Below, piece after piece: positions 1-10,650 of a DNA stretch of 61,085 bases (its first letter is position 1; each line of letters begins with the position of its first letter). Where the stretch lies: IMG/VR virus record IMGVR_UViG_3300036715_000569, positions 1 to 61,085 of that record, one strand, 5' to 3'. Made by a program: the position numbers and the translations under genes. The DNA is from a virus (lineage: Duplodnaviria; Caudoviricetes). Below the pieces are notes generated by a model, which worked only from the letters and a program-made list of their open reading frames with translations, was not told the origin of the DNA and ran no database searches.

Positions 1-1
1 T

Positions 2-502
2 CTAATCAAAAAATACATCATCCCCGAGCTTCAAAAAGTCAGATAACGTATAAGAGTAGTATCCTTTATACATCATTATTTCGTCTATTTGAAGCTTTTC
101 CTTGACTAAAATAAATTCAGGCACGTTATTATATTTTATTATTAGAAGTAATAATTTATTTGCACTTACAGAATCCTGTGTGGCTTGTTCTAGCCATTTA
201 TCCCATTGTGTTACTTCTTTATTAATTACAGACTGAAATGATGGCGCAGTCTTATAATGCTTACACTCGATGCTGTATTTAAAGCTTTTTGGGCACATTA
301 AATCGCCGAATACTGCATGATCTAAGTCATGGTGTGCGACTCTACGCACATTGGCCCCACCGAAGAACGAACCGCTGTCAGAATTGCGTCGGAATCCAGT
401 CTCGAGCCCCAGGAAAGCCTTAAATCGTGCCGACAACAAGTTAGCCATCTTTCGTTCAAATGTATTACCTTTGTTTTTACCATTCACTTTTCCTACTGCC
501 AT
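2..502 (-). CDS. Holliday junction resolvase-like PD-(D/E)xK nuclease
   Basis: KGNTFER...GDL...IECK motif pattern of Hjc-type resolvases. Confidence 0.75.
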   Translation of the reverse strand: MAVGKVNGKNKGNTFERKMANLLSARFKAFLGLETGFRRNSDSGSFFGGANVRRVAHHDLDHAVFGDLMCPKSFKYSIECKHYKTAPSFQSVINKEVTQWDKWLEQATQDSVSANKLLLLIIKYNNVPEFILVKEKLQIDEIMMYKGYYSYTLSDFLKLGDDVFFD

Positions 503-568
503 ATTAACTCCCCATTTATTATAGTTATCTTCGATAAATAATAAAATATTAAAACTAAGGAGAACTAT

Positions 569-1153
569 ATGTATTCACGATCATTTGAACTAGCAGTGCA
601 ACATTCTATGTTATACGAAATTGGCGGATTTTTTAAATTTGATGCACCTGGATTCAAGGAGGGCTTAATAGATACACCTGAACACCGTAAGGCATGCGGA
701 TATGCAAATGACCCACTCGATCACGGTGGTGAAACAAAATATGGAATTGCAAAAAAACCTAATCCACAGCTAGATATAACTCATATGGATTGGGAGGGAG
801 CTAAAGCAGTTTATTTTTCTAATTATTGGTTAAACAGTAAATGTGATAAAATGAATGGTAGATTAGCAGCGTTACAATTCGACGGTGCAATTCAGCACGG
901 ACCAGGTACTGCATCAAAATTTATTCAACGTGCAATCGGTGTAGACGATGATGGTAGCATTGGGTCTGTAACATTAGCAGCATTAGCAACAAAGGATCCA
1001 ATTGCCATTTGTAATCTAGTATGCGATCAGAGAGAAAAATTTTATATCAACATTGTTGCTAATGATGCTACGCAGGATAGATTCTTAAAAGGTTGGCTAC
1101 GTAGGGTATCAGAAATGCGTCTTTTTGTTACAGACTTAACAAAAACATTTTAA
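569..1153 (+). CDS. Glycoside hydrolase family 108 lysozyme with peptidoglycan-binding C-terminus (endolysin)
   Basis: DHGGETKYGI motif; QRAIGVDDDGSIG; C-terminal FLKGWLRR; AAGGAG RBS. Confidence 0.85.
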   Translation: MYSRSFELAVQHSMLYEIGGFFKFDAPGFKEGLIDTPEHRKACGYANDPLDHGGETKYGIAKKPNPQLDITHMDWEGAKAVYFSNYWLNSKCDKMNGRLAALQFDGAIQHGPGTASKFIQRAIGVDDDGSIGSVTLAALATKDPIAICNLVCDQREKFYINIVANDATQDRFLKGWLRRVSEMRLFVTDLTKTF

Positions 1154-1936
1154 CGAACCAATATTGTTAGCCGGGTTAACATGTTAACGATAAAATAGTG
1201 TAACAGTAAGACTGTTTAATAAAAATCAATAGGTATCGGGAGTGACGCGCCCCGATACTTACATAATCAAAGCGTATAGGTTTTATAAATCATAACACAT
1301 AAATCATAAATCATAACACATAACTCATAAAACCCAAATCTAATTTAAATCTAACTCATTTTCGCAGCAAACTATATTATAAGGTTAACGAGCCTAGTTA
1401 TTAATTTCGTTGGCGTGTCGTTCGGAATGGAGCGCAACAGCCAAGCCCGGTGAATATACATCGGCAAGTTATAAGAAAGCGACCAATGTCGTTAGTAAGA
1501 TAATAAGTTTAAGTTTGTGGGAGGCACGTGAAAACAGGGTATGCCCTCCCAGATGCGTTATCATTGGTTATAAGTGATAACAATAGCATTGAGTCCGTAT
1601 GGTGTAAAAGCCTTAGACCCCTTCAGGAGCCGTGTGTGAATAGCACGGTGTAGTTGACATAATCAATCCAACACTACGAAAAATTCCGATATAACAGTCT
1701 GCGAAGCTCCCAAAGTTTCCGGTATCCAGGTTTTGGATACCCTTGGTCTGACTCCTCACCCAAAGCATTGGTAAGCTGGAGCATATTATTACTCTATTGA
1801 TTTATATTGTTTTGTCTATATAATATAAGATGTAATACAAGCATTAGATTAAGTAGTGGATGCGATAGCAGACAATACAATCTATATGCTGATGCGATGC
1901 GATAGCAGTGCATCAATAAACCCATAAAGGATAGTA
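1154..1936. other. Long ORF-free region with short tandem repeats and several hairpins (candidate origin or structured ncRNA)
   Basis: AAATCATAACACAT repeats ~1286-1330; hairpins gtatcggg/cccgatac, ccgtg/cacgg, ggtatcca/tggatacc. Confidence 0.4.
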
Positions 1937-2182
1937 ATGATACCTATAGATATGAATGAAGCAAAACGAGCATTTATCGAAAACAAGATAGATATATGGG
2001 CTATGTCTTTCCTTGAAGGAGTAGAAAAAGAAGAACATATAACAGAAAAGCAATATGATAAGATAGTTGAGATTGCTAAAAAGATGTTACCATTTAAATT
2101 ATTGATTACTACTGATTTAAATGGTAACGGATGTAAGACAGATATATACTTTAACCAGAAGTATTACCCAGATGAATATTAA
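1937..2182 (+). CDS. Hypothetical protein
   Basis: 81-aa ORF with AAGGA RBS. Confidence 0.6.
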   Translation: MIPIDMNEAKRAFIENKIDIWAMSFLEGVEKEEHITEKQYDKIVEIAKKMLPFKLLITTDLNGNGCKTDIYFNQKYYPDEY

Positions 2183-2682
2183 TCTATTTCGGTTTTCTTA
2201 TATATTTTCTTTATTAGTCGTAATACATTAATATCGTTATAGTCTGTAGTTGAACATCTACGTAAACGAATAGACATAAAATCACTTCCAATTGATTCTA
2301 TAGAAACTATGCCGGTGAACTTTTGAAAATGAAGTGAAACAAATGCATTAATGCGTAATTCGATATTGCCTATGGGCTCTTGCCTATCTATATGTTTTAA
2401 TAATTTAATTTCACCCTTTATAATATATACTTCAGATGATATCCGTTCGCCAAATGGTTGATTTATATATATGTACCCTGAATTTACTACATTAGGCGTA
2501 TCCAAATACATATTAACAATTTTATCTTTTAATAAAACTGTTTCATATGGACTCCAACTAATGTGTTGGGCATCGAGTAATCGTGATAAATCATACATCC
2601 ATCTTTGTTTAGGATAACGTTCCCAGCAATCACTATCATTATATGGTATGTCGAGTTCAGTAGTGTGTATTTTCTTTTGCAT
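2179..2682 (-). CDS. Hypothetical protein
   Basis: ORF; ATG at 2682 (MQKKIH) follows an AAGGAA RBS. Confidence 0.65.
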   Translation of the reverse strand: MQKKIHTTELDIPYNDSDCWERYPKQRWMYDLSRLLDAQHISWSPYETVLLKDKIVNMYLDTPNVVNSGYIYINQPFGERISSEVYIIKGEIKLLKHIDRQEPIGNIELRINAFVSLHFQKFTGIVSIESIGSDFMSIRLRRCSTTDYNDINVLRLIKKIYKKTEID

Positions 2683-2689
2683 ATATTCC

Positions 2690-2923
2690 TTACATATATT
2701 CCTTACCACCGGGATTCTGTTCTTTTAAGCGTTTATTAATGACGCCGATAGCTATTTCTCTATCCTCGAAGCTCATACCCCACGCAGAATTCCATTCAAT
2801 GCCACCTTTCATAAAGAAACAAATATCAGTGACTTGTTCTCTTAATGATATTGCATCCTTAGTATATGATTGAATAAGGTCACCTAATTGATTACTAGGT
2901 AGAAAAATTAATGACCTTATGAA
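2690..2923 (-). CDS. gp51-like extension reached by probable -1 frameshift from the gp26-like gene
   Basis: 77-codon open -1 frame (FIRSLIFLPSNQLGDLIQ...MKGGIEWNSAWGMSFEDRE...KEYM) starting at the A AAT TTT heptamer. Confidence 0.6.
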   Translation of the reverse strand, partial: FIRSLIFLPSNQLGDLIQSYTKDAISLREQVTDICFFMKGGIEWNSAWGMSFEDREIAIGVINKRLKEQNPGGKEYM

Positions 2924-3762
2924 AAATTTACTGGATTAAAGTCGACTTCACTTTCCCAATTATGATTACATTTTTCACATACAGCAGTAAATGACTTTTT
3001 AATACCGATTTGATTTATTTCCTTAATTAAGTCGGAAATCTTATCTACACTCTTTTTATCAATATTTTGCAAGAATTCTTTAATGTCAGTCTTATTACTT
3101 ACATTAATACTATTACTTTCATCTACTACTTTGATGATAGAATTCAGCATCAAATCATATGTAACTTGAGACAGTTCCTTAAATGCTGATGCAAAAAGTT
3201 TTAATCTTGCTTCTTCGGAAATTGCTTCATTTTCGATAGCACGAGTTAACTTACTTTGTTCGAATTGTGCGTGTAAGCCTCTTAATAATTCTGGAAATCC
3301 GTATGGCTTAACGAATACACTAAGCCCGGACTCTAAGTTAGCTACATATTCAGTTTCTAAATATGTCATATTATTAAGTGAATACTGGATGTCTAACTTA
3401 AATGTATTCTTATGAGAACATTCGGGACACGTTAATTCAGTTTCTAATGCATCGTTATATGTTGCATATCTGATAGCAGTGATAATAGCATCGATGTCAT
3501 TTGTTAATAATAGCCTAGGATTACTAACAGCTGGAGCACAACTTCTAATAACTTCGATTAAAGCTTCACCGTTCAATAATGCATCCGGATTCTTTAATAT
3601 AAGTTCATCCTTACCAGTCATAGGCATAATTCCGATTTCATCTGTATCTGTAAATGTAATAGCCCCGGGATCGTAATATGATCTTCCACTCGGTAATTTC
3701 AAAAATAACTTGTATTGTCTGAAATAACCCTTAAGTGGATTCTGATGTATTTGTTGTTCCAT
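2917..3762 (-). CDS. T4 gp26-like baseplate hub / tail assembly chaperone
   Basis: NPLKGYFRQ..LPSG, MTGKDEL, IRYATY, CPEC and CEKC motifs; divergent from tape measure gene. Confidence 0.75.
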   Translation of the reverse strand: MEQQIHQNPLKGYFRQYKLFLKLPSGRSYYDPGAITFTDTDEIGIMPMTGKDELILKNPDALLNGEALIEVIRSCAPAVSNPRLLLTNDIDAIITAIRYATYNDALETELTCPECSHKNTFKLDIQYSLNNMTYLETEYVANLESGLSVFVKPYGFPELLRGLHAQFEQSKLTRAIENEAISEEARLKLFASAFKELSQVTYDLMLNSIIKVVDESNSINVSNKTDIKEFLQNIDKKSVDKISDLIKEINQIGIKKSFTAVCEKCNHNWESEVDFNPVNFS

Positions 3763-3843
3763 GTTTCCTTCCTTTAAATAATTGATAAATAGTAATTAAT
3801 ACTGTTTATCTTTATTTATCAAGGTACTTAATTAATCAAATTT

Positions 3844-6800
3844 ATGGCTGATAATATTCATATTGCTAGTGTAGCAGACGGTGCATTTGAAAATGCATTG
3901 GGTGATCTACCACCTTGGGCTACAGAAGACACAGCGTTATCTATCGAAGGCATTTTACGGAAAACTTTAAATCTTCAAACTACTGCTTTAACTCAGTTAG
4001 TTAAAAAAGCCACTAAAGGCGATAATTCGATAGATGCTAAAGAAACAAATGACGAATTAGCAAAACTTACTAAAAACCTACACGACGAAAATGCACAACG
4101 TAGTAAAGATAAGAAATATTGGAACGACGAAAATAATCAAGATAAGAAAAATAAGAAACGATGGGCGGATGAAGAAGGTATGTCTGGTCGGAAACTTATA
4201 CTAGAAGGATTACTTGTTAAAGCAGGTTTAGCTATAAAAGGGGCATTCGAGGATAATAAGAAGACGTTTGACTCACTGACAGAATCTGGCATTAATGTTA
4301 TGAGCGGTTTGGAAGACGCTGCCGATGGATTTACAGCGTTGCGTGAGCTTACTGCTATTACCGGAGTTAGGTTCACTGAACTTTCGGCATCTATGCAAAA
4401 GTATAGCTCCGCAGTGAATTCATTCGGTGTCGGAAAATTTGCTAAAACAGTTGGTATGGCATCTGCTAATTTAACTCAATTCGGATATTCGAGTAAAGAA
4501 TCGGCAGAATTATTAGGTGCAATGTTAAGTGTGCAACAAGGTGTTTCTGACGTCAGTCAAAAAACGGCAATAGAGACAAATGCAGATTTACAACGATTTG
4601 GCAGAAGTGTATCAAGATTAGCAATTGCATCCGGTGTAGCCCGAGAAAAAATTATAGAAAATGCAGTTGCAATTGGACATAGCACAGATGCAAATTTATT
4701 AGCTGGTCAAATTGGTAATAAAGCTGCTGAAGGTATGACTACATTTCTTGCGTCATTTAAAGATCAAAATATTGCTAAACAAATTTTAAAATTAATGTCG
4801 GATCCTATTAAGCCATTAAATGAATCCTTTATGAACTTGCAAAAAGTTGGTCTAGGTGGGTTTGCCCAGTCATTTACACAATTTACTAAAACATTAGAAG
4901 GTATGCCCGAAGATGTTAAACAGCAGGCATTAAAATCATTTATTGACGCACATAAAGGGGAACTCGATAGAGAAAAACAAAGGTTAGCTTTATTAAAACA
5001 GGCCGGGGTAGCAGAAGCTGGAGCAGCATTAGACTTAGTAGTAGGACTTCAGCAACAAGCTAACGCAATTAAAAAGTTAACGCCTGAAGAAATTAAGCGT
5101 TTAGAGGCTAGTAACGAGGCAAGTAAGAATCTTTCAAATGCATTTGAAAGATTCAGGTCACTATTACAGCGGGCTTTTGGTCCGACAGCAGGTATGTTAA
5201 ATCTATTCACAACTCTATTAACCGGTATAATTGCACCATTAGAATGGGTAATATCATTATTTGATAAGATAGGCGAAACATTATCAGCATTTACTGGTAT
5301 TAATATGGACTTAACTCCGTGGATTGGTCTAGCTGCGATTGGGTTCGCATTATATAAAAGTGTTTCTATTTTTAAACTTGCTGCTGATTTTATGGCTAAG
5401 ACATTATTTGGAATAGGTAAAAAACGTGGTGTAGAAGGTGTAACAGGAAAAGTAGCTGGCTCTACAGCTGGTAAAGAAACTATATTAGGCGGATTAGGTA
5501 AAGGTATCGGGAGTATAGGTAAAGGTATTGGTGATATACTGTCAGGACTTGCAGATGGATTAAAATCTTTGGCTTCCCCAAAGGTATTTATAGGTATTGC
5601 AGCTTTAGCAGGCCTTGCCGGTGTTACATTTATTATGGCTAAGGCATTTAAGGAATTTAATGATGTAAAATGGACTGATGTCACTTTAGGCATTGTAGTA
5701 ATTGCAGGACTGGCAGTTGGTGCAGCAGCATTAGTTAGTATTGCCCCCGAAATTGCAATAACAGCAGTTGCGATTGGATTATTGGGAGGTGCAATATGGT
5801 TACTTGCTAAAGGACTCAAAGAATTTCCGACAAACATTTTACCGGATATGTCAGAATCATTTGGAAAATTAGGTAATATAATAGGTAGTGTGTTTGGCGG
5901 ATTGTTAGATATAGTATCTGATGTTTTTACAGCCATTAAAGACATAGTGATGCCAGTTATACACGGGATTACAGCAGGATTTAAATTGATTGGCCAAATA
6001 GTATCCGATGTATTTAAATTTATATGGAGTACAATATCTTCGGTGGCAAATGATATCGGAAAAGTATTTAACGGAGTTTTATCAGTAATTAAATCGGTGT
6101 TCAGTGGTATTTGGACAGTTATATCTTCGGTATTTACTTCTATTGATGACATAGTATCAGGGGTAATTGGTACCATTACATCGACTATATCCGGATTAGG
6201 TTCTATACTAACAGCACCGTTTAAGTGGGCAGGTAATATAATAAATAGTATATTGAGTGGTATTAGTGACACAATATCTACATTAATAAATCCTATTAAA
6301 TGGTTATCCGATAAAATGGGTAGTTTATTTAGTAGTTCCGGACCAGATTCAGCTACTAAACAATTATCTAATTTATCAGATTCAGCACAAGGACTTAGCC
6401 CTTATGCTAAAACATTAGATGTAATAAATTCAAGTTTAACCCAAATGTCTTCCACACTATCATCATTCACCGGGTTGAATAAAATAAAGAGTATAGTAGA
6501 TACAATAAATGGTGTAGATACGATAAAGGCACTAGCATTAGGTGCTATCGCATCGATTGGTGCAGTATCATTACCTGCGGCTCGACCGACTAGCGGACCG
6601 AGTGCATCAGCAACACCGAAATCTTCGACTTTAAATAGTCCTTCGGCAGTATCAACCGATCCAGCTGTGGGCGGAGATCAATCTGTAGGAAAAGAACAAT
6701 CGTTACCGGCCAGTACCGGAACAGAGCGTGGACAAGCAAATGATGGCATAAATACTGCACTTGGCTATCAGAGTTCACTATTAGAACAATTATTATTAAG

Positions 6801-6861
6801 CACAAATAATTTAGTGTCAGTTAATAAAGATATATTAAAATATGCAAGAAACAGTGCATAA
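3844..6861 (+). CDS. Tape measure-like protein
   Basis: 1005 aa, helical Ala/Gly/Leu-rich with hydrophobic amphipathic repeats; adjacent to hub chaperone. Confidence 0.7.
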   Translation: MADNIHIASVADGAFENALGDLPPWATEDTALSIEGILRKTLNLQTTALTQLVKKATKGDNSIDAKETNDELAKLTKNLHDENAQRSKDKKYWNDENNQDKKNKKRWADEEGMSGRKLILEGLLVKAGLAIKGAFEDNKKTFDSLTESGINVMSGLEDAADGFTALRELTAITGVRFTELSASMQKYSSAVNSFGVGKFAKTVGMASANLTQFGYSSKESAELLGAMLSVQQGVSDVSQKTAIETNADLQRFGRSVSRLAIASGVAREKIIENAVAIGHSTDANLLAGQIGNKAAEGMTTFLASFKDQNIAKQILKLMSDPIKPLNESFMNLQKVGLGGFAQSFTQFTKTLEGMPEDVKQQALKSFIDAHKGELDREKQRLALLKQAGVAEAGAALDLVVGLQQQANAIKKLTPEEIKRLEASNEASKNLSNAFERFRSLLQRAFGPTAGMLNLFTTLLTGIIAPLEWVISLFDKIGETLSAFTGINMDLTPWIGLAAIGFALYKSVSIFKLAADFMAKTLFGIGKKRGVEGVTGKVAGSTAGKETILGGLGKGIGSIGKGIGDILSGLADGLKSLASPKVFIGIAALAGLAGVTFIMAKAFKEFNDVKWTDVTLGIVVIAGLAVGAAALVSIAPEIAITAVAIGLLGGAIWLLAKGLKEFPTNILPDMSESFGKLGNIIGSVFGGLLDIVSDVFTAIKDIVMPVIHGITAGFKLIGQIVSDVFKFIWSTISSVANDIGKVFNGVLSVIKSVFSGIWTVISSVFTSIDDIVSGVIGTITSTISGLGSILTAPFKWAGNIINSILSGISDTISTLINPIKWLSDKMGSLFSSSGPDSATKQLSNLSDSAQGLSPYAKTLDVINSSLTQMSSTLSSFTGLNKIKSIVDTINGVDTIKALALGAIASIGAVSLPAARPTSGPSASATPKSSTLNSPSAVSTDPAVGGDQSVGKEQSLPASTGTERGQANDGINTALGYQSSLLEQLLLSTNNLVSVNKDILKYARNSA

Positions 6862-6938
6862 TTACTTGATTTTCTATTATAAAGAGTGTATAAGTTATAG
6901 TGAAATGTTCTATAAATATTAATATAAAGAGATAATAC

Positions 6939-8651
6939 ATGACTTGGAAAAAGTTTTTTCGCCCCGTTAATTCGGTCTTACCAGTTGCACAGCGAGCAGT
7001 AGATAGCACGTCTGCTTATGCATCAACGGCAAAATATAGTAACTGGTTACCCGAAGTATACTCTGGCCCACCGGATCGTTTACAACGTTATGCAGTTTAT
7101 GATCAAATGAATTATGATCATGAAATCAGTGCGGCATTAGATACAATAGCAGATTTTGGAACAGAGTGTGACGAAGTTAGTAAGTTGCCACTTGTCATTA
7201 AATTTAATGACGAACCCACTCCGTCTGAAACTCAAATTTTAGAAAAATCATTAGGACAATGGTGTAGACTTAATAAAATTAATCGTAGACTATGGAGAAT
7301 GTTTCGTTCTGTTTTAGTTTATGGAGATCAATTTTTCTTGCGTGATCCAGAATCATTTAAGTTATATTGGATTGACCCTGCTAAAGTGGAGAAAGTTATC
7401 GTAAACGAAAGTGACGGTAAGAAAATCGAAAGTTATTTTATTAAAGACATCGACCTTAATATGAAGAGCTTAGTTGGCACCAATCAGCTAAACAAAATGT
7501 CAAATGAAGCGTTTGGATCCAATAGTATCGTATTTTCTCCACCGATGCAAGGTAACATGAATTATGTATCAGGTGGCTATGGCGGAGCAGGTACTGCAAA
7601 CTATCAAGACGGTGGTGCTGTAGCTGTAGATGCTGAACATATCGTGCAACTATCGCTTACAGATGGTATGAATGCTGCATGGCCTTTCGGTCTCAGTATA
7701 TTAGAACAAATTTACAAAGTTTATAAACAAAAAGAATTATTAGAAGATGCTATTCTAATATATCGTATACATCGTGCTCCAGAGCGTCGTGTGTTTTTTA
7801 TTGACGTTGGTACAATGCCGCCTAACAAGGCCCAGCAATATCTAGAGCGTATTCGTTACGAAGTTCAGCAAAAACGTATTCCAAGTAGAACTGGCGGCGG
7901 CGCTAATGTTGTTGATTCTACATATAATCCTATGTCTATCTTGGAAGATTATTTCTTTGCTGTAACAAGTGAAGGTCGTGGATCTAAAGTTGAAGTTTTA
8001 CCGGGTGGTGAAAACTTAGGCGATATTGACGACTTACGTTATTTCAACAATAAAATGCTTCGCGCACTTGGTGTACCTAGTTCGTATTTGCCGACAGGTC
8101 CGGAGGACGGAACAGCATCGATGAGTGATGGTAAAGTAGGAACTGCTTTTATTCAAGAATTTAGATTTTCGAAAGTAGTTGCTAGATATCAGCAGCAAGT
8201 TATTGAACCTCTTGACTTGGAATTTAAGTTATTTTTAAAATTTCGAGGTATTACAATTGACAATAGTTTATTTGAAATAGAATTTACACCACCTCAATCA
8301 TTCTCCGAGTATAGGCAATTGGAACTTGATTCGGCACGTATTAATACATTTACAGCCTTAACAGATATTTCATTTGTATCAAAAAGATTTATTCTTAAAA
8401 CATATTTAGGATGGTCAGAAGAACAATTGGCTGAAAACGAACGTATGTGGAAAGAAGAGCGTAGTCGTTTAACAAAAACTTTTGCACCCGACTCATCTGG
8501 TGGCGCATCCTCTGGTTTATCTGATGTAGGTATTACAAGTTCGGGAATTGATGATATGGCACCCGAGGACACTGGTGCAGGTGATTCAGGCGACATGGGT
8601 AGTGATATGGGGGCAACCGACGCCGAAGTAGATAGTTTTGGTGAACAATAA
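6939..8651 (+). CDS. Portal protein (T4 gp20-like)
   Basis: LLEDAILIYRIHRAPERRVFFIDVG, EDYFF, LPGGENLG motifs. Confidence 0.95.
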   Translation: MTWKKFFRPVNSVLPVAQRAVDSTSAYASTAKYSNWLPEVYSGPPDRLQRYAVYDQMNYDHEISAALDTIADFGTECDEVSKLPLVIKFNDEPTPSETQILEKSLGQWCRLNKINRRLWRMFRSVLVYGDQFFLRDPESFKLYWIDPAKVEKVIVNESDGKKIESYFIKDIDLNMKSLVGTNQLNKMSNEAFGSNSIVFSPPMQGNMNYVSGGYGGAGTANYQDGGAVAVDAEHIVQLSLTDGMNAAWPFGLSILEQIYKVYKQKELLEDAILIYRIHRAPERRVFFIDVGTMPPNKAQQYLERIRYEVQQKRIPSRTGGGANVVDSTYNPMSILEDYFFAVTSEGRGSKVEVLPGGENLGDIDDLRYFNNKMLRALGVPSSYLPTGPEDGTASMSDGKVGTAFIQEFRFSKVVARYQQQVIEPLDLEFKLFLKFRGITIDNSLFEIEFTPPQSFSEYRQLELDSARINTFTALTDISFVSKRFILKTYLGWSEEQLAENERMWKEERSRLTKTFAPDSSGGASSGLSDVGITSSGIDDMAPEDTGAGDSGDMGSDMGATDAEVDSFGEQ

Positions 8652-9109
8652 TGAAATTAAGTGAGATCACCGAAAGTTTTGATAGTAAGATTCGGGGTAG
8701 ATTAATACAGTCTACCCCGAATCTATTTATTGTTCGTGCAACAATAGGCGACCGTGACATTGATTTTACAGCGTCACGTATGTCACTTAGTTTAGATGTA
8801 GAATCAGAGACCGATAATGCGTGGGAAATAATGTTTTATGAACGTAAGGATGGGGATATATCTACAAGGAAGTCAGGTTCGGGGAATGAAATGCAAGTAT
8901 TTGCATTTATTTTGGATGCAATAAATGAATTAATAACCCGATATTCACCGGACGAAATGTTATTCAGTGCTACTAAGACAGAACAAAGTAGAATAGGATT
9001 GTATAATAAGATGATTAAACGGATTAAAATTCCTGGTTATACAGGGCAGATGACGCATTCAGATAAGTCGGCGAATCAATATAGTATTATTAAAGATAAA
9101 TTGCATTAA
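8651..9109 (+). CDS. Hypothetical protein (MKLSEITE N-terminus)
   Basis: ORF coupled to portal by TAATG overlap. Confidence 0.7.
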   Translation: MKLSEITESFDSKIRGRLIQSTPNLFIVRATIGDRDIDFTASRMSLSLDVESETDNAWEIMFYERKDGDISTRKSGSGNEMQVFAFILDAINELITRYSPDEMLFSATKTEQSRIGLYNKMIKRIKIPGYTGQMTHSDKSANQYSIIKDKLH

Positions 9110-9249
9110 TTTTCCAACCGCGGCCATAGTATACATACCTGATATCGATATGTTTTCTTTTTTGTCGGTTCTCATCTAGTGCGAGTTTAATAATTGTATT
9201 ATAAATAGATAAATAGTTCATATTATTGTTTATCTAAGAGGCACCCAAA

Positions 9250-9468
9250 ATCAAAGCAAAAGAATTATTATGTGAATTTTACGATCCAGCAGATGACCAA
9301 CTAGGTCAAGCAAAGATGGATGACACCAGGCGCCCACGCCTGACAATGTTACACATTCAGAAATTACGTAAATCACGTGACGCTGAAAAATATGAAAAAG
9401 CACAACATTTAAATTTCATACCCGATATGTATGGTCAAGCAGACGCAGGTGGTATGCCAGGTTTATAA
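9250..9468 (+). CDS. Small head-region protein with probable non-AUG (ATC) start
   Basis: GAGG RBS then ATC AAA GCA AAA GAA TTA; 72-aa frame containing DDTRRPRLTMLHIQKLRK; absent from ORF track. Confidence 0.55.
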   Translation: MKAKELLCEFYDPADDQLGQAKMDDTRRPRLTMLHIQKLRKSRDAEKYEKAQHLNFIPDMYGQADAGGMPGL

Positions 9469-9636
9469 ACACTGTGTTTATCTCGATAATATCGAGACTA
9501 AATATGTGTAACGATTGAAAATTCAAAAATAGCCTATTTCTAGGCTATATCTCCCTATATTCTTAATGAGTAAGTTAAATACATAGAATACTAATAAATA
9601 GTATAATGAAATTTACTAAATTAAGGAGAACTAAGC

Positions 9637-10641
9637 ATGTCACAACAAAAAAAGCTTGAAAAGGTTCTGGATTTGCTATTAAGCGAAGATTCCGACCAAG
9701 CCGCTGAACTTCTTCACCAAATCATTGTAGAAAAAGCTCGTACAATTTATGAAAGCATCGTTGATGAAGAAGATGACGCCGAAAATGAAAAAGATGAACT
9801 CGACGAATCCGATGAAGTTGGTGGCGAACCAAACAAAGACTTTACTGATGAAATTTCATCAGACGAAGACGAAGTAGATGCGGATGAAGAAAACGACGGC
9901 GAAGCAGGTGCTGAAGACGATGATGAAGAGGGTTATGATGATGAATTCGGCGGCGATGATGATGCTGGCGAAGGATCAACTGAAGACCGCGTTGAAGACC
10001 TGGAATCTCAACTAGCTGAACTTCGTGCAGAATTCGATGCCTTAATGGGCGAAGAAATGCAAGAACCTAATCATGCAGATTTAGGTGATAAGTTTGGTGG
10101 TGACGACGAAGTCGAGCCAGCTGGTGACGAATTTGATGGGGATGAAGGCGCTGGTATGCCTGATTTCGGTGGCGAAGGCGAAACTAAAGTTGTTGGCGAA
10201 GTTGTAGCAAGTATGTTTGAAAAAAGAAAGACAGCTAAACTTAAAGTAGCACCACAAAAGAAAGATTTAAAGAAAGATAAAAAAGTTGATGAAGAAACTA
10301 AGTTTCTGAACACAGTTGCTGATACTGGTCAAAAAGGAACAGCAAAATTGGTCGGAACAGGTAAGTCGACACCACTCGGTGCTGAACAAACTAAGTCTTC
10401 GTTTACAAACATTCCTCCACGTAAAGACTACGGTGGAAAACCAGCTAAGATCGGCGGCGGCCCAGCTGGCGAATACGGTAAATACAATGGTGACTGTGCT
10501 GCAAGCAAAACACCAACGGATAACGTAAACATTAAGCCGAAAAATTCCTCAATTAAAGCTGATACTACTGCTAAATTTACTGGTGGCAAGACAGCAGGCG
10601 AGGGCTTTACTAAATCCCCATTCACTAAGAAGCCGGGTTAA
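9637..10641 (+). CDS. Acidic prohead core/scaffold-associated protein
   Basis: Very D/E-rich; EDRVEDLESQLAELRAEF; between portal and protease. Confidence 0.7.
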   Translation: MSQQKKLEKVLDLLLSEDSDQAAELLHQIIVEKARTIYESIVDEEDDAENEKDELDESDEVGGEPNKDFTDEISSDEDEVDADEENDGEAGAEDDDEEGYDDEFGGDDDAGEGSTEDRVEDLESQLAELRAEFDALMGEEMQEPNHADLGDKFGGDDEVEPAGDEFDGDEGAGMPDFGGEGETKVVGEVVASMFEKRKTAKLKVAPQKKDLKKDKKVDEETKFLNTVADTGQKGTAKLVGTGKSTPLGAEQTKSSFTNIPPRKDYGGKPAKIGGGPAGEYGKYNGDCAASKTPTDNVNIKPKNSSIKADTTAKFTGGKTAGEGFTKSPFTKKPG

Positions 10642-10650
10642 GGATAGATA

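Noticed and set aside
1286-1360. CRISPR array
   Set aside because: Repeats are short, adjacent and lack unique spacers; no cas genes seen.
5049-6272. 407-aa antisense ORF and other antisense ORFs over structural genes
   Set aside because: Shadow frames of codon-biased sense genes; no RBS or motifs.
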